From: Macrostomum lignano
Taxonomy: Eukaryota
Direction: 5' to 3'
Length of the DNA: 64,000 nt
Assembly (NCBI GenBank): GCA_002269645.1
Contig: NIVC01001255.1
Span: 62,001 to 126,000 of the forward strand
Shown here: positions 34,901 to 60,354 of the stretch, piece by piece
How positions within the stretch are numbered: the first letter of the stretch is position 1
Layout: the number at the start of each line of letters is the position of its first letter
The notes under the pieces: model-generated
Told to the model about the DNA's origin: nothing
What the model saw: the letters and a program-made list of their open reading frames with translations, nothing else
The model's database searches: none
Position numbers and translations under genes: made by a program

Positions 34901-37426
34901 ATACTGATCTAAAAAATACTGATCTAGAAGATACTGATCTAGATGATACTGATCTAGAAGATACTGATCTAGATGATACTGATCTAGAAGATGCTGATCT
35001 AGAAGATACTGATCTAGAAGATACTGATCTAGAAGATACTGATCTAGAAGATACTGATCTAGAAGATACTGATCTAGAAGATACTGATCTAGAAGATCAT
35101 CCAGATGTAGAAGATTCTAATCAAGAAGATTTAGATCTAGAAGATCCAGATCTATAAGATCAGATCTAGAAGATCCAGATCTAGAAGATCCAGATCTAGA
35201 AGATCCAGATCTAGAAGATCCAGATCTAGAAGATCCAGATATAGAAGATACAGCTCTAGAAGATTCAGATCTAGAGGATCCAGATCTAGAAGATTCAGAT
35301 CTAAAAGACCCAGATCTAGAAGATCAATATCTAGAGGATCAGATCTAGAAGGTTCTAATCTAGAGTAATATAAAATTGTTTGTCAATTTCTAGATCGGGC
35401 AATTGATTAATTTATTTGTATTCACACGCTGCACAATAACCAAGGCCGAATCTGTCCCCACGGGACACAGCCGCCTGTTGCAATCAGAGAGCCACAAAAT
35501 TCAATCTCCCTCCATCAGTTCTCCCTCTTGGGTCGATGAGTCTTTTAAGAAAGACCAGCGGACTGAATTTAATCCATCCAGTCCGCCCAAGGACTCACGC
35601 CTCACCACTCATCAGCCTCTAATTTTAATCCAATCCATGTTTGCCTGGTCGGACTCTTTCCTCCATATTCTAGCCTCTTTTCAAGGTGAAGGAGAACAAG
35701 ACACATGGATGAGATTAGAACTACACAGATGGATGAGATTAGAATTAGACAGATGGATGAGATTAGAACTACACAGCTGGATGAGATTAGAAGTAGACAG
35801 ATGGATGAGATTAGAAGTAGACAGATGGATGAGATTAGAACTAGACAGATGGATGAGATTAAAAATATATTTGGTTGAAGTGGAACACAGCAATAATTTT
35901 TATGCATTAGAAACCGGAGCAGCTGTGATTCACACAAGTCCCTCACGTGATGCACCAGATTGCGAACTGTATCTAAAATATGTCTTATTTCGGCATGTAT
36001 TCTTTCAAAGATTCGACGAGCCCGAGCATGCAGCGATGGTTACTTGGAAGGGGAAATAAAGCAAAGCGTGGCCTCCCCCCCCCTTCCTTAGCCCTGGGTG
36101 GTGATACGGACATGGTATTCACGCTTCATATCACACTCAATCTCGCTCTCACTCACTCCCCCACTCACTGGAGGCCGTCAGTGTAACAAGAAGCAAGGGA
36201 CTCGGGTTGGACCTACTTGCATACTACTTTGCGGCAGACGCGAAAGCTAAAGGGATACCCAGCTTTAGACAGGCAGTACGGGAGCGGGAAGAGGGAAACT
36301 CCACTCTACAGCGCGATGGAAATGCAGTTAATCACGATAGAAGCTGAGAAGAAGCCGGCGATAGACATTTTGCTCTCGAGCCACCAAACTCAAATCCGAG
36401 TCCGCCTCCCCCCCGCTACTCAAATAGTTCTCAATCCTCTCGCGCAAGACCTGGCAAGGCCAGGGACTACCAGAGAGACTTATCTGAATCGTCTGTCTAG
36501 AGCACAAGTTTGAGCACCATCTTATTGCAGATAAAATGTTTCTGTATAATGTGAAGACCTTTCTGCTGAGGTCGTTGCGGAGTTCGGTCCGTGTGGGCCC
36601 GTGTTGAGTTGAGCGAGTTAAATAAGTCTGGAAGCTCACCAGGAAATATTTTACTATGCATTGAAAAAAAGAGATTTGCTTCTGTAAATTTTATAAACAT
36701 AAACCAACTCTAACAATATTTCGCACGTTACATTGCATTATAACAAAATAAGGTAAGCCTCGAGCCCTCCAGAATTCCAGTTTAAGATGTCCATGCCTGA
36801 GCTGTTCCAGCTTCCGTGCCCTTGTCCATCCATCCATCCATCTGAGGCTGAGAGCCTCATCGAATCTACTTCCATCCCTCACTCACTCGCTCTCTCCCTC
36901 ATCTAAAGCGGTTTTTTACAGACTCTCAATATACTCGTACATTACCTTACAGCGGCTCCTTGAGGAACTTCGGCTCCTCCCAGTAAAGTAGGTTGGGAGC
37001 AAAATTGCTCTTTAAAATACATCCAGGACGGAAGAGGATGGCTATCCAATGCGGGATCCAATGGTCTCTCTTCAATGCAGGAGTCCTGCGCCGGTGTAGC
37101 GAGAAAAAATCAGCAACTACGGAGAGCTTCAAGTATTCTATTGCTTTGTAAAGTTTGGTTCAGTTTGAGTAGTCAGAACGCCCCTCATCCGGACCGTAAA
37201 TCACTGGAGAGTAGAGATACCGGTGCGCTCGCTTATCAGCCCGCTCTTCTTCGACCTTGGAGAATGCAATCAATAATGTCTGGCAATCAATTATCAGAAC
37301 TTGGTCAGAACTTTCAGACACTCGCCGAACTCGCTTGATTTTCTCCCACCCAACCCAATCAGCGCAGTCGAAGTAGACCGACTTGAAGAATTCGATTGCC
37401 GCACTGCGGACTGCCCGCCCGGCCAT
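31964..37426 (-). CDS. Unresolved multi-exon gene of unknown function downstream of the Slo gene
   Basis: Exon-like segments with plausible splice sites or protein-like frames: 37426-~37160 (MAGRAVRSAAIEFFKSVYFDCADW), 37085-36946, ~36639-36328, ~34566-34284 and ~32169-31964. No single consistent frame could be built. Confidence 0.3.
32689..34249. repeat. 42-bp minisatellite (~37 units)
   Basis: Unit ACCTTGACTACCTACAGACACTGAGGAGAGATGGAAGTGTCT, head-to-tail with no spacers. Confidence 0.95.
34866..35366. repeat. 15-bp tandem repeat GATCTAGAAGATACT / GATCTAGAAGATCCA
   Basis: Directly visible. The unit variant switches at ~35100. Confidence 0.9.
35706..35861. repeat. 24-bp tandem repeat (~6.5 units)
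   Basis: Unit ATGGATGAGATTAGAACTAGACAG. Confidence 0.85.
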
Positions 37427-37737
37427 CCTGTGCCGCAAAGAGAAATCAATTTACCTCACCTCAGCCTATTCTGTCAGATTCTGTCCACCCCTTTGCTTCG
37501 ATTATCAAATAACTGTTTCGTTTCGTGTCGACAGCTTTGTAGAGCCAGTGGAAAGCACACATTCATTTGGAAAGAAAGAAAATACGAAAAAATTTGGAAA
37601 TACAGTTCGCTCATATTCGAAGAAGTATTTATTCCGCAATCATTCGGAATAGGCCCTAGTTACAATATGACCAATAAAGGCTTCTACAATAATAAATTAT
37701 TAATTGATAAGAACTGTTCAAAAAACAAAAGTCTCAG

Positions 37738-50656
<12,919 letters not shown>

Positions 50657-50984
50657 ATTGAAAATCTTTCCTGTCAATCCGCCAACATAAATCAGTCTGA
50701 CATGCAAAGCGTAATTTGCTAAAAGCTCGAGTTTTACAAGCCAGAAAGGCATCGGTTTGAGAGTTCAGCCATAGACATAACTCTACTGAATGACAGGCTC
50801 AGGAGCTGTAAGTCCAAAAGCACTTTTGTGTGGTTTTCAAGCATTTGAGGCTTTTTCCATAGAAGTTGATTAATATGAATAAGTAAATTGAGGTCTCGGT
50901 AAGCTCGGCAAGTATCTAGGTGTGCCTAAATGCTCAGTAACTTAAGCTAAATGTACTTTTTCGTAGCTTCTGCTGTGTTCTCTG

Positions 50985-51005
50985 TCTCTGTCTGTCTTAG
51001 TGTCC

Positions 51006-51097
<92 letters not shown>

Positions 51098-51100
51098 TAG

Positions 51101-51139
<39 letters not shown>

Positions 51140-51140
51140 A

Positions 51141-51237
<97 letters not shown>

Positions 51238-51240
51238 TAG

Positions 51241-51275
<35 letters not shown>

Positions 51276-51290
51276 ATGTCTGTCTGTCTG
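50985..51290. repeat. (TCTG)n microsatellite upstream of Slo
   Basis: Directly visible. Confidence 0.95.
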
Positions 51291-51507
51291 GCATCGTTTT
51301 TGTGCTGATGTGTATGGCCGAACTGTCAACTTGGTTGCCTTTTTCAATCTATTTATATCTATGTCTATGTGCAAGACCAAGTATACTGATGACAAATAGG
51401 AACTTTTGGTTTTGGTTACAGCAGTACTGTAGACTAAGGCAGAGAGGTACGACTGAGAGTTGACGAAGCCTCTTGGCGTTTATTAGATCGATAGGCAGGT
51501 TAAATAC

Positions 51508-51698
51508 TGTAAGACCAGAATTGCGAGAAAATCAGTACGAGGGCTCAAAGGCCAAGTTTGTCGATATATATATTTGTCATTCACTATGTACGCGCGTACA
51601 TTCCGATCGATATAGGTTCAGGTGAATAAAAGCGTGCCCAACCCCCCAGCGCAGGCCAACCCCCAAAACAGCCAACACAACAAACACCAAAACTCACA
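51508..51698 (-). repeat. 3' LTR
   Basis: 191 bp, preceded by the polypurine tract in element orientation. Confidence 0.95.
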
Positions 51699-51755
51699 CC
51701 ACTTTCCCCCCAAGCACGAGGAATAAAACTCTATGGCAAAAGTTCAAAAAAAGGT

Positions 51756-54700
51756 TCACTCAGGGCGATAAAAATCAGAAGGCCTCCGCTGTCTTACCGA
51801 ACGTCTTAGCGCTGGTGGGACGACCGGGTCGATTGCTGCTTCGGTGTCGCCGTCGTCATTGTCATTGCCGCCTGACAGCTGAGCCCAGGCGTCAGGCACA
51901 CCCAGCTGCTCAGGACTGGTGCTGGTAGCCGGAGCCGGCTGCTGCTCATCGGTCAGCTGCAGAGAGCCGCGCCGCTCCACGAACGGCTTGAGGCGGTCAT
52001 GGTGCACCACGAGCTTGCGACGCCGCCGAACCGCTAGGCCAGGTGCCAGCCGCACTCGATAGTTGACCTCACCCAGCCGCGTGAGAACGACGTAGGGCCC
52101 CGTCCAGCGGTTGCTGAGGCTCTTGGAGCGACCAGGCTTCACCGTCTTGCAGCTTAGCATGACCAGAACGCCTTGGTTGTAGGGCTGAAACCGCACGTCC
52201 TTGTTGTATCGTTCGTTTCTCTCAGTCTGCGCGCTCTGAAGCTTCTGGTGGACGAGCCTCCGGCTCTGCAAAAGCCGTTTCTGAACATCCTCGACGTACT
52301 CCAGAGTATCCGAAGCGCCGCTGTTGGTGTGCGGCAGCTTGACATCCAGCGGCAGTCTTGGTGGCCAACCGTGTAGCACTTGAAACGGAGACAGACCAGT
52401 CGTACAGTGCGCAGAGCTGTTGAATGCCCATGTGACAAAAGGCAGCTGTACATCCCAGTCGTCCTGGCTTTCCGCTACGACCGTCGCCAACATGTTACCG
52501 AGAGTGCGTTTCCGCGCTCCACCAGGCCGTTGCCACTCGGATGAAACGGGGAAGTTCGAGTCTTCCGCATACCGAGCTGCTCACACAGAGACTGAAACAG
52601 CTGGCTCTCAAATTGCCGGCCCTGGTCACTGTGAATCGTGTCCGGAACTCCGTGACGTAGGGCTACTTGATGGACCAGAACATCAGCAACTCGCTCGGCT
52701 TCGATACTTGGTAGAGCACGGGTTTCCATCCATTTGGAGAAGCAGTCGCAGATGCTCAGAATGTAGCTGTTGTCTCGAGGCGTCCTTGGCAACGGCCCCT
52801 TAATGTCGATTTGCACGGTCTCCCACGGTCGCGCCGGCTGTGCTGTACTCTGCAGTGGAGCTCGCTGAGGGCGACTATTGTTCTTGCGCCGAAGGCATGC
52901 TGCACAGCTGGCGACCCAGTTCTGGACATCCTGCTGCATATTTGGCCACCAGCAGCGCTCACACAACTTCTGTAGTGTTCTGTCCGCGCCGAGGTGACCG
53001 CTAGCTGCTGCATCGTGGGCGTCGGCCATGAACTCGGCTCGCAGATGGCTCGGAACGACCGGCTTTCCTTGCCTGACCAGCGCGCCATGCGGTCCGATCT
53101 CAATTCCGTCATCGCCCAAGAACTCCTCGACCTTCTGCTGACCGCTGTTGGACAGGTGCTCGCGTCCCTCGATGAGCGCCTTGAAGACACTCTGCAGAAG
53201 CGCATCGCGTTGCTGTTCCTCTAGGAAGTCTTGATTCCTGCTGCTATCGAGCTGAGTGGTGGCGGTTCGACTCAACATGTCCGGGACGACATTCTCTCGA
53301 CCAGGCCGATAGCAGAGCGTGAAGTTGAACTGCTGAATCGTGTCAAGCCAGCGCGCCAGACGCCCTTCAGGTTCCTTAGTCTGCAGCAGGCCCTTCAGTG
53401 GCTGATGATCGGTGAACGCGGTGAAGTGCTTCACGTTACACAGGTATGACCTGAAATGTTTTAGGCTCCAGACTAAGGCGAGCAGTTCTCTGTCGGTAGC
53501 TGAGTAGTTCCTTTCTGCCTTATTCAGAGTTCTTGAGGCAAAAGCGACCGGCAGTTCCGAATCTCCGTGTGCCTGACTGAGAACCGCGCCGACTCCAAAT
53601 GCGCTTGCATCGCAACTCAGGATGAAGGGCCGGCTAAAATCTGGGAGTCTAAGCACGGGAGCCTGGCAGATCCTTTCCCTTAGTTTGGTGAAAGCGCTCT
53701 CACACTCATCCGTCCAGGTGAAGCCGGTCTTTTGCGTTGCTGCATGCAGAGGCGCGGCTATCCTGCTGAAGTCTTGGATGAATCGCCGGTAAAATCCCAG
53801 CATGCCGATGAATCGCCTCACTTCCTCAGCTGAACTCGGCGTCTTAATCTTCGATAAAGCTTCCACCTTACTGGGGTCTGGCTGAATTCCTTCGCTGCTG
53901 ACCACATGGCCCAGGTACTTGACCCTGCGGTACGCAAACACGGACTTCTCCTTGTTCAGCTTCAGGCCAGCGCTTCGAAGCCGTTCAAAAACCCGTCGTA
54001 GGCTGACTAGATGCTGATCAAAGCTCTTACTGAACACTATTAGATCATCCACGTAGACCAGGACATGATCAGCTCCATTAGTCGTTGGAACGTAGCCGGC
54101 GAGTTGCACATTCCAAATCCCATTTTCTTGAACTGCATGAGTCCTTTGGTAGAGTAAAACGCCGTCTTGTAGCGGTCGGCTTCCTCAACTTCCACTTGAT
54201 TGAAACCCTGCTTGCAGTCGATTGTCGTGAACCAAGAGCAGCCTGAGAGCGCGTCCATGGACTGTTGTAGGTGTGGGAGCGGATAGGCGTCCTTTACCGT
54301 AGCGGCATTCAGCTGGCGCCAGTCAGTGCAGATGCGGATGTCTCCATTTTTCTTCTTGACCACGATCAAATTGCTGGCCCATGGAGAGCTCGACGGCTCA
54401 ATGATGTCGTGCGCAAGCATCTGGCCAATCTTGTCGTCGACTTGGTCCCTCAGCGGCAGGGGGAGCGGGCGCTGGCGCTGCCTGAATGGCCGTGCTCCTG
54501 GATCGAGCTCGATGTGGTGCTTTAGTACGCTTGTGGAGCCGAGGTCAAACTCGTGAGTGCTGAATCTTTCTTGCTCTGTCAGTTCGGGGTTCACGTCCCA
54601 GTTCTTCAGTTTCTCCTTCACGTTCCCAACCGGCTCGAGTACATCAGCAGCTTCGAATTCACCGACTGCTTTGTTGGCATACAGTGTCACTGCCTCGGAT

Positions 54701-55340
54701 CCCAGATTGCACATGAGAACGGGAATCCTCTGATCGGCGGACAAGGCGAGAACTCGGGATGCCAGCAGACCAGTCTCTTGAGTAAACTCTTCATTCGGCT
54801 CGAAAACGCCCTGCTCATCTTTTGACTTCACTCGCAGCCAGACCAGCTTCTCACTCCTGGCGGGGACGTTGATGTTGCACTCAATGCGGGCCACCAGGGT
54901 CCCGGTCACCATTTGAATTTTTTGAGCTGTTGGTGAAAAACGGCACGGCCTCATCATTAAAGAAGACAGTCTTGTTGTTGAGGTTAATCCGTAGCTCGCT
55001 GGTTGCCCGACCGATAAAGTCCATCCCTAGGATAAGATCTACGCTTATTCCCTCTACGACGTTGAATACATGGTCCAATCGAGTTGTCTCTCCAACTTGA
55101 ACTGTTCCCCGGGCTGTTCCGAGGCACTGCAGGCGACTACCGTCTACTGACGTTGGACAGCAGCTGCTCCCGGACACGAGCTGCAGGCCGCATGACCGCA
55201 TGAGGCTGTGGCTGATGAGGGATGTCTGTGCACCAGTGTCGAGCAGGAAGCAGACCGGCTTTTCTTGCAGCAGGGCACGCACAAAAACAGAATGAGCAGT
55301 CTGGGCACTTACTTGGCGGGTTGGGGCTGGCCCGTCGCCT
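51756..55340 (-). pseudogene. pol: pol (protease, RT, RNase H, integrase with GPY/F motif) broken into four frames
   Basis: LLDTGA protease; YPLPHL and YVDDL RT; CDASAFGVGAVL RNase H; HLG..RT..CAAC integrase Zn finger; WTGPY. Frame breaks near 54920, 54060 and 52510. Confidence 0.92.
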
Positions 55341-55347
55341 CCAACCC

Positions 55348-56190
55348 TCAGAAGTTACCAGCTGGCCGGGCTTTACTTGGGCAGACCGCTGCATTGTGGC
55401 CCCAACCGGAGCAGTTGAAGCACCGACCTTGCTTGTGGGAACCTTTAGTTGGACATCTGCGCGCGATGTGACCGTCTTTGCCGCACTGGTAGCAACCGGA
55501 TGTTCTCTGGGCCTGCCGACGGTCACCTGGTCCAGCGCGGCCTCCTCTAGCGGCGCCGCTTGTCACGGCAGCTGTCAGTGTCTCCAGCTGCTGCTCGAGT
55601 CGGGACAGCCGGTCGTCAACCACGGAGACCATAGACGAACTTGCGGGCGTGTTCTTGCTCATCACCTGCTCCAGTCTGGTGGCTCTCTCGACCAGCGTGC
55701 CCAGCGTGCATGTATCCGAGTCGCTCTCCCTGAGCAGGGCTTCGCGTATCCCTGCGCTTAATAGCTGGATAATTCTGAACTTGACCTCCCGATCACGGAG
55801 CGTTGATGGGTCATCCGGGCGGGCTCCCATGTACAGCAGCCTGAGAGCGAACGAGAGCTCCCTGATTGACTCGCCATTCTTGCGTTGTCGACCTTGGAAC
55901 TCCTGCATGGCGCGGTGCTGATTGGCAGAGCCGCCGTACTGCTGGAGAAGAAGTTCCTTGATTTTCTCATAACTCTTTTTATCGGCATCTGGCATGTCCC
56001 AAACACAGACCTGGGCCTCCCCTCTCACGTCTCAGCAGGAGCTTCACTTTGGAGGCACGCTTTGCATCGTCCCAATTCTGTCTTCGGCGAAGTCTTTAAA
56101 GATGCTAAGCCAAAAGTGCACGTTTGATTGGCCACTAAACTTGGGCGGTAGCAAACTGGCATCGTTGCTCTTCTCATCTCGCTCTTCCAT
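55348..56190 (-). pseudogene. gag: gag with two CCHC zinc knuckles, interrupted near its 5' end
   Basis: CYQCGKDGHIARRC and CFNCSGWGHNAAVC. The ATG at 56190 is in frame with 56028-55348 but two TGAs intervene. A shifted frame reads NWDDAKRASKVKLLL. Confidence 0.88.
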
Positions 56191-56229
56191 TCTGATCTGC
56201 TAACTTGAATTGGGCTTCGCTGCCACCAG

Positions 56230-56419
56230 TGTAAGACCAGAATTGCGAGAAAATCAGTACGAGGGCTCAAAGGCCAAGTTAGTCGATATATATATTTGTC
56301 ATTCACTATGTACGCGCGTACATTCCGATCGATATAGGTTCAGGTGAATAAAAGCGTGCCCAACCCCCCAGCGCAGGCCAACCCACAAAACAGCCAACAC
56401 AACGAACACCAAACTCACA
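56230..56419 (-). repeat. 5' LTR
   Basis: 190 bp, followed by the PBS in element orientation. Confidence 0.95.
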
Positions 56420-56590
56420 ATACGATACAACGATTGGTACATAACAGGGTATAAAAGATAGAGACAGGGATGGGTGAAAAGCACGTACATGATGTACAAT
56501 AGCAACCCCCAACCCCGCTCTAGCGACTTGCGCATAAAAGTACACTTGCAACTAACTACAGTACTACCGTCAACTGGCCTTCAATAGTAG

Positions 56591-58627
56591 TTATAAGTCG
56601 GCCCGAATAAGTACAAACAGATTGTGCAGGTAAATGCCTTTATCCGTGTAGTTTAAACTGTTCAGCCCATCCTTGTTCATAACGGCTCTGACCCGGCTCC
56701 AGTGAGGCCAGGGCATTGTGTTAATAATCACGTCGCTCGAATGCTTCAGATTAACGAACCTGAAATGTTCGCGAGTTTATAGTGAAATGGTAGTCATAGC
56801 TAAACGGGACATCTTGTCTTAAATTCATCGGTCTCCTACCTGGCCACGTGGCCTCTAGGGTAGAAAATTTGCATCCCGCGGAGCCCCAGCCGAGAGGCCA
56901 GCTCGTCATCCTCCCTGCCCCATCCGTAGTACCGGTTTGAGTTGCCATTGACTCTCTCGAACGCCTGCTTGCTGATTGCCGCCGAGCCGCCAAGGAAATT
57001 GTTGTACATCCGGCCTCGATGGTACTTCCGGGTGGCGTCCCCCTCCTGACGCATAGCCGAAATCATCAGCTTCGGCGAACGGACGCAGTCGTAGATGTTG
57101 CCGACATTCTCAGGCACTTTGTCTGCGTCCTGATCGAGGGAGCGGGTTTTTGATATCATATCAAGTCAGGCTGTCTGGGTGGTTAGATACAAATTATTTG
57201 TCAGTCAGATGTACCACTAAAATAGATGCACATTATAAAGAAACATATCTCAATGTACATTCACATTTAAGCTACACAACAGATTAGTCAGGTGTAAAGG
57301 AAGGGTTTTGTAGCCCAGAGGTTAGAGCGTCGGACTCACGACTTGAAGGTCGGGGGTTCGATTCCCGATCCAACTGAAACAATCTGTTTCCTTGAGCAAA
57401 GATACTTAACTCTGAATTGTTTCAGTTCACCCAGCTGTATGATGGGCTGGGGTAATTGAGGGTGTGTTGAGGGTATGTGCATGCGACCCCCCAGTCCTTG
57501 GACTCAACAGCCGTACGCAGCCTTCAGATGCGCCCCGCTATAGCTGCGGCTGAGCTGTCGGTTGCACACCTGGCCCAACTGAGCAGGTGTAATCAATTAT
57601 TATTACTATTATTAGTTCAAGCATCTTGACGATTATTTTTCACATGCATGCATTTTCATATAGCTATGAATAATAAAAACCCCTTCCACTTGGGTCATTT
57701 AGATGTTAGGCCTACTGTAGACAAGTACAAAACAAAGCAAATTCTGGTTTTGACTTTGTGATTTTTGCAGTGTCCAAAAAGCCCTCCTTACGAGCTAATT
57801 AACTAGAATGATACGAAGCCACGGATTCATAAAGATCTGCTTACGTGCAGCACGAAGCAGTCAAACTTGGCAAACTGTTGGGCCACTCGGAAGCCAACGT
57901 TGAGCAGTTTGGCGCGGTTGAACAGCTTCGTATTCGCCTGCTCAATCACGAAGATGCCGTAGGCGATGTTCTGCTGCTGCAGCAGGGTCTGCATATAGGG
58001 CACGAACTTGTCGAGATTCTCGCTTCGGTTCCGGTACGGCACCAGGACGGCGGTTTTCGACAGCGGCGGCCAGCAGCTCCTGGGCGACCAGAAGCCGCCT
58101 CGGTAAGTCGGTCGAGCAAACGGAAAGCTGGAGGTCGGCTGGTTCAACAGGTGGGCCAGGTTCTTGTCTGGCGGACGGCGACAGGCAGACAGATTATTTG
58201 CGGTGTTGTTTGGCGCGTTTAGAAGATTTGGAGCAACTGCGGCTGGCGATTCGGTCAGCTTGGTGAGATGTCGGTAAAGCTGCGGGTAGACCATCTGGAA
58301 TCGCTTCCAACCAGTCGAGTTGCCTGACTTTGAGCTCGGCACCAGCATAGCGGCCAATTCGTTGAAGGGATCAAATCGGAGCCCTGTTGAGGTCGTCGGT
58401 CGAAGATTCTTCCTCCACGAGTTGTCTCGACGATTTGTATCGTTAAAATCACCACCGCTGTAGCCATTGACGAGCCGGAACGGCAGCCAGGCAATTTCCT
58501 GACTCAGTTTGCGACCCCTGACGGAGCCGGACTGGCCAGCTGTCATCAGCAAGACGAAGGTCAGGCACAGAGCGCACAAACCGATGATGACGCTCTGCTT
58601 GCGAGTCAGTGCGCGAGACTCCGTCAT
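56591..58627 (-). CDS. B4GALT: GT7-family beta-1,4-galactosyltransferase / GalNAc-transferase-like type II membrane protein, 413 aa
   Basis: Exons 58627-57845, 57129-56840 and 56759-56591 with matching phases. N-terminal TM; motifs TAVLVPYRNR, IEQ..FNRAKLLNVGF, HDAD, GWGREDDE, LKHS, KDGLNSLNY. Confidence 0.93.
57303..57613 (+). mobile_element. tRNA-derived SINE with a V/Meta-SINE-like central motif and (ATT)n tail
   Basis: A box GTAGCCCAGAGG, B box GGTTCGATTCC, TCCTTGAGCAAAGATACTTAACTC. Lies in B4GALT intron 1; second copy at 40862-41136. Confidence 0.85.
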
Positions 58628-60354
58628 TGTGCTTGCTGCGATGGGCCTTCTCTATAGCTGTCTGCATGCATCTGTCTCCATGCCGCTGAGCAATAGACTG
58701 CTTTGCATCCTATGCAAGTTGAGCAGGCAACTGGATCGCTCCTACATCCGTGCTAGGATTATAAGCCATCAACGAGGCTTATATTGTTACTTACGTGCCG
58801 GCTTTATACTTGCTTGGCAGGGGCAGAGCCAGCCCACACTTTGTTTGCTGTCCCAACAATCCAACCCCGTCCTCACCTGAGCCGTGTGCGACGATGCAAA
58901 ACAAAATGGGGAAAAGCCGCGCCTGAGGGGAGGGGGTGGAGAGGACGCTAGTCCCGCATCCTGCTGTCCTAAATTGTGGGACACTCTCTGCTGCTCAGGC
59001 TCTTTCATTTTCTCTGCCCGCCCCTCGCCCTCACTCTCTTCCCTGGATCTGTTTTGTTTAAGGAGCCACAATGTACGCAGGTCGCGTCCACAGGCTGCCC
59101 GAGATGGGAGGGGACGGAAGGATCTGAGCCAGAATGGGAAAAAAGCGATATGGCAGATTATTAATGCTAATTGCGCACCACCCACTCGGCAAAATATCGG
59201 GCTGAATGTATTGCAGCTAGCAGGATCTTGAGTGCCTTTGGGCCTCTTGCGGTGCAGCCTCTCGCATATAGTCGTTTTGGTTCTCTTGACAATAATCATT
59301 CCATCGTTGCCTGCAGTTCGTGAGAATCGAGAGACAATTATTGGGTAGGCACGATATTTATAAATTTATGCCGGCGCTATTAATTTCAGGCTTTTTATCT
59401 GGATTTCTTGCTGCAAGTCAAGGCTTGTTGTTCTGCGAATGCTTGCCGAACTATTGTCGCCATGACAACTTCGGCCCAGCTGGAAAAAAACTCACGCCTG
59501 TCAGTCAGGCAGTGTTCTACATCCTACTTTGCTGTCGATTGTAGAGAGAGCCTTTCTCTTCTCTCCTCTCCATACCTCCAGCCTCCTTTCTGCAGGCAGC
59601 CTCCTCTCGTCCAACTCCAACTTTGACTGCATCCAAATTCTGGCAAAACAGCTGGCTGAACTGATGTTCTGAGCCTACCGTAGAGCAAGATCATTCCCTA
59701 CCCCAAGGACTGCTCAACTTGAGGGACGGAAAAAATTTAGGAAGCAGGTTTAACGGGAAAATTACGTTAAGAATCTTAGTTTTCTAAATGAAAAGCTTTA
59801 TGATTATCAGCAGAGCTATCAGAGAGGCAAGTCATATCAAAATATGGACATAGGGTCTGCCTCCTATCAAAGGTAAAAGCAATTTTGATGCTGAAAAAAT
59901 GCTGAATCTGCCTCCTAAAAATTCGTATACTGACTTTTTTCAAGTACTTAGGATCGCTTAAGAACTTGAATAGATAAAATAGAGATACAGAAGGCGCAAT
60001 GCTTTACACAAAGATCTCCGATCTTCCAACTATAAAAAAAGATGTAGCAAAAATGTGCTTTTCTAAATGTTTCAAATGTATCTACAAAGTATATTCACCT
60101 CTGTTACTTACAGTAGGCAGTAGTCTGAGGTAGGTCTTAAATTAATTTTTTGTTATCTTGAGATGTTTTAGGAAAAAGTAATATTTTAAAGGAGAAACCG
60201 ACAAAATTAGATATTTTGAAAACTCAAGGACGTACGTACTTCTAATGTGAGCAATGGAACTCAATCAGAGTGTTGCGTAATAAAATTTCGATCGTCAGAC
60301 TTGTTCACAGTTTTTATCGTTCTTATTGGTTCGGTCAAAAATGGCGCCAAGGCC

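Larger units (their letters stand above)
51508..56419 (-). mobile_element. Ty3/Gypsy LTR retrotransposon, full length (4.9 kb), coding-defective
   Basis: LTRs 51508-51698 and 56230-56419 (TG..CA; 3 substitutions and 1 indel). 4-bp TSD ATAC. PBS TGGTGGCAGCG next to the 5' LTR (matches a tRNA-Leu 3' end from memory). PPT GGGGGAAAGTGG. Domain order gag-PR-RT-RH-IN. Confidence 0.97.

Noticed and set aside
34852-35157. Acidic (DLEDT)n ORF
   Set aside because: It is a translation of the 15-bp repeat with no ATG, no splice support and no unique flanking coding sequence.
36947-37438. Two same-frame ORFs separated by one TGA (37160-37162), suggesting selenocysteine or read-through
   Set aside because: The distal part has a better splice-bounded reading in another frame (37085-36946), and no SECIS or selenoprotein motif was recognisable.
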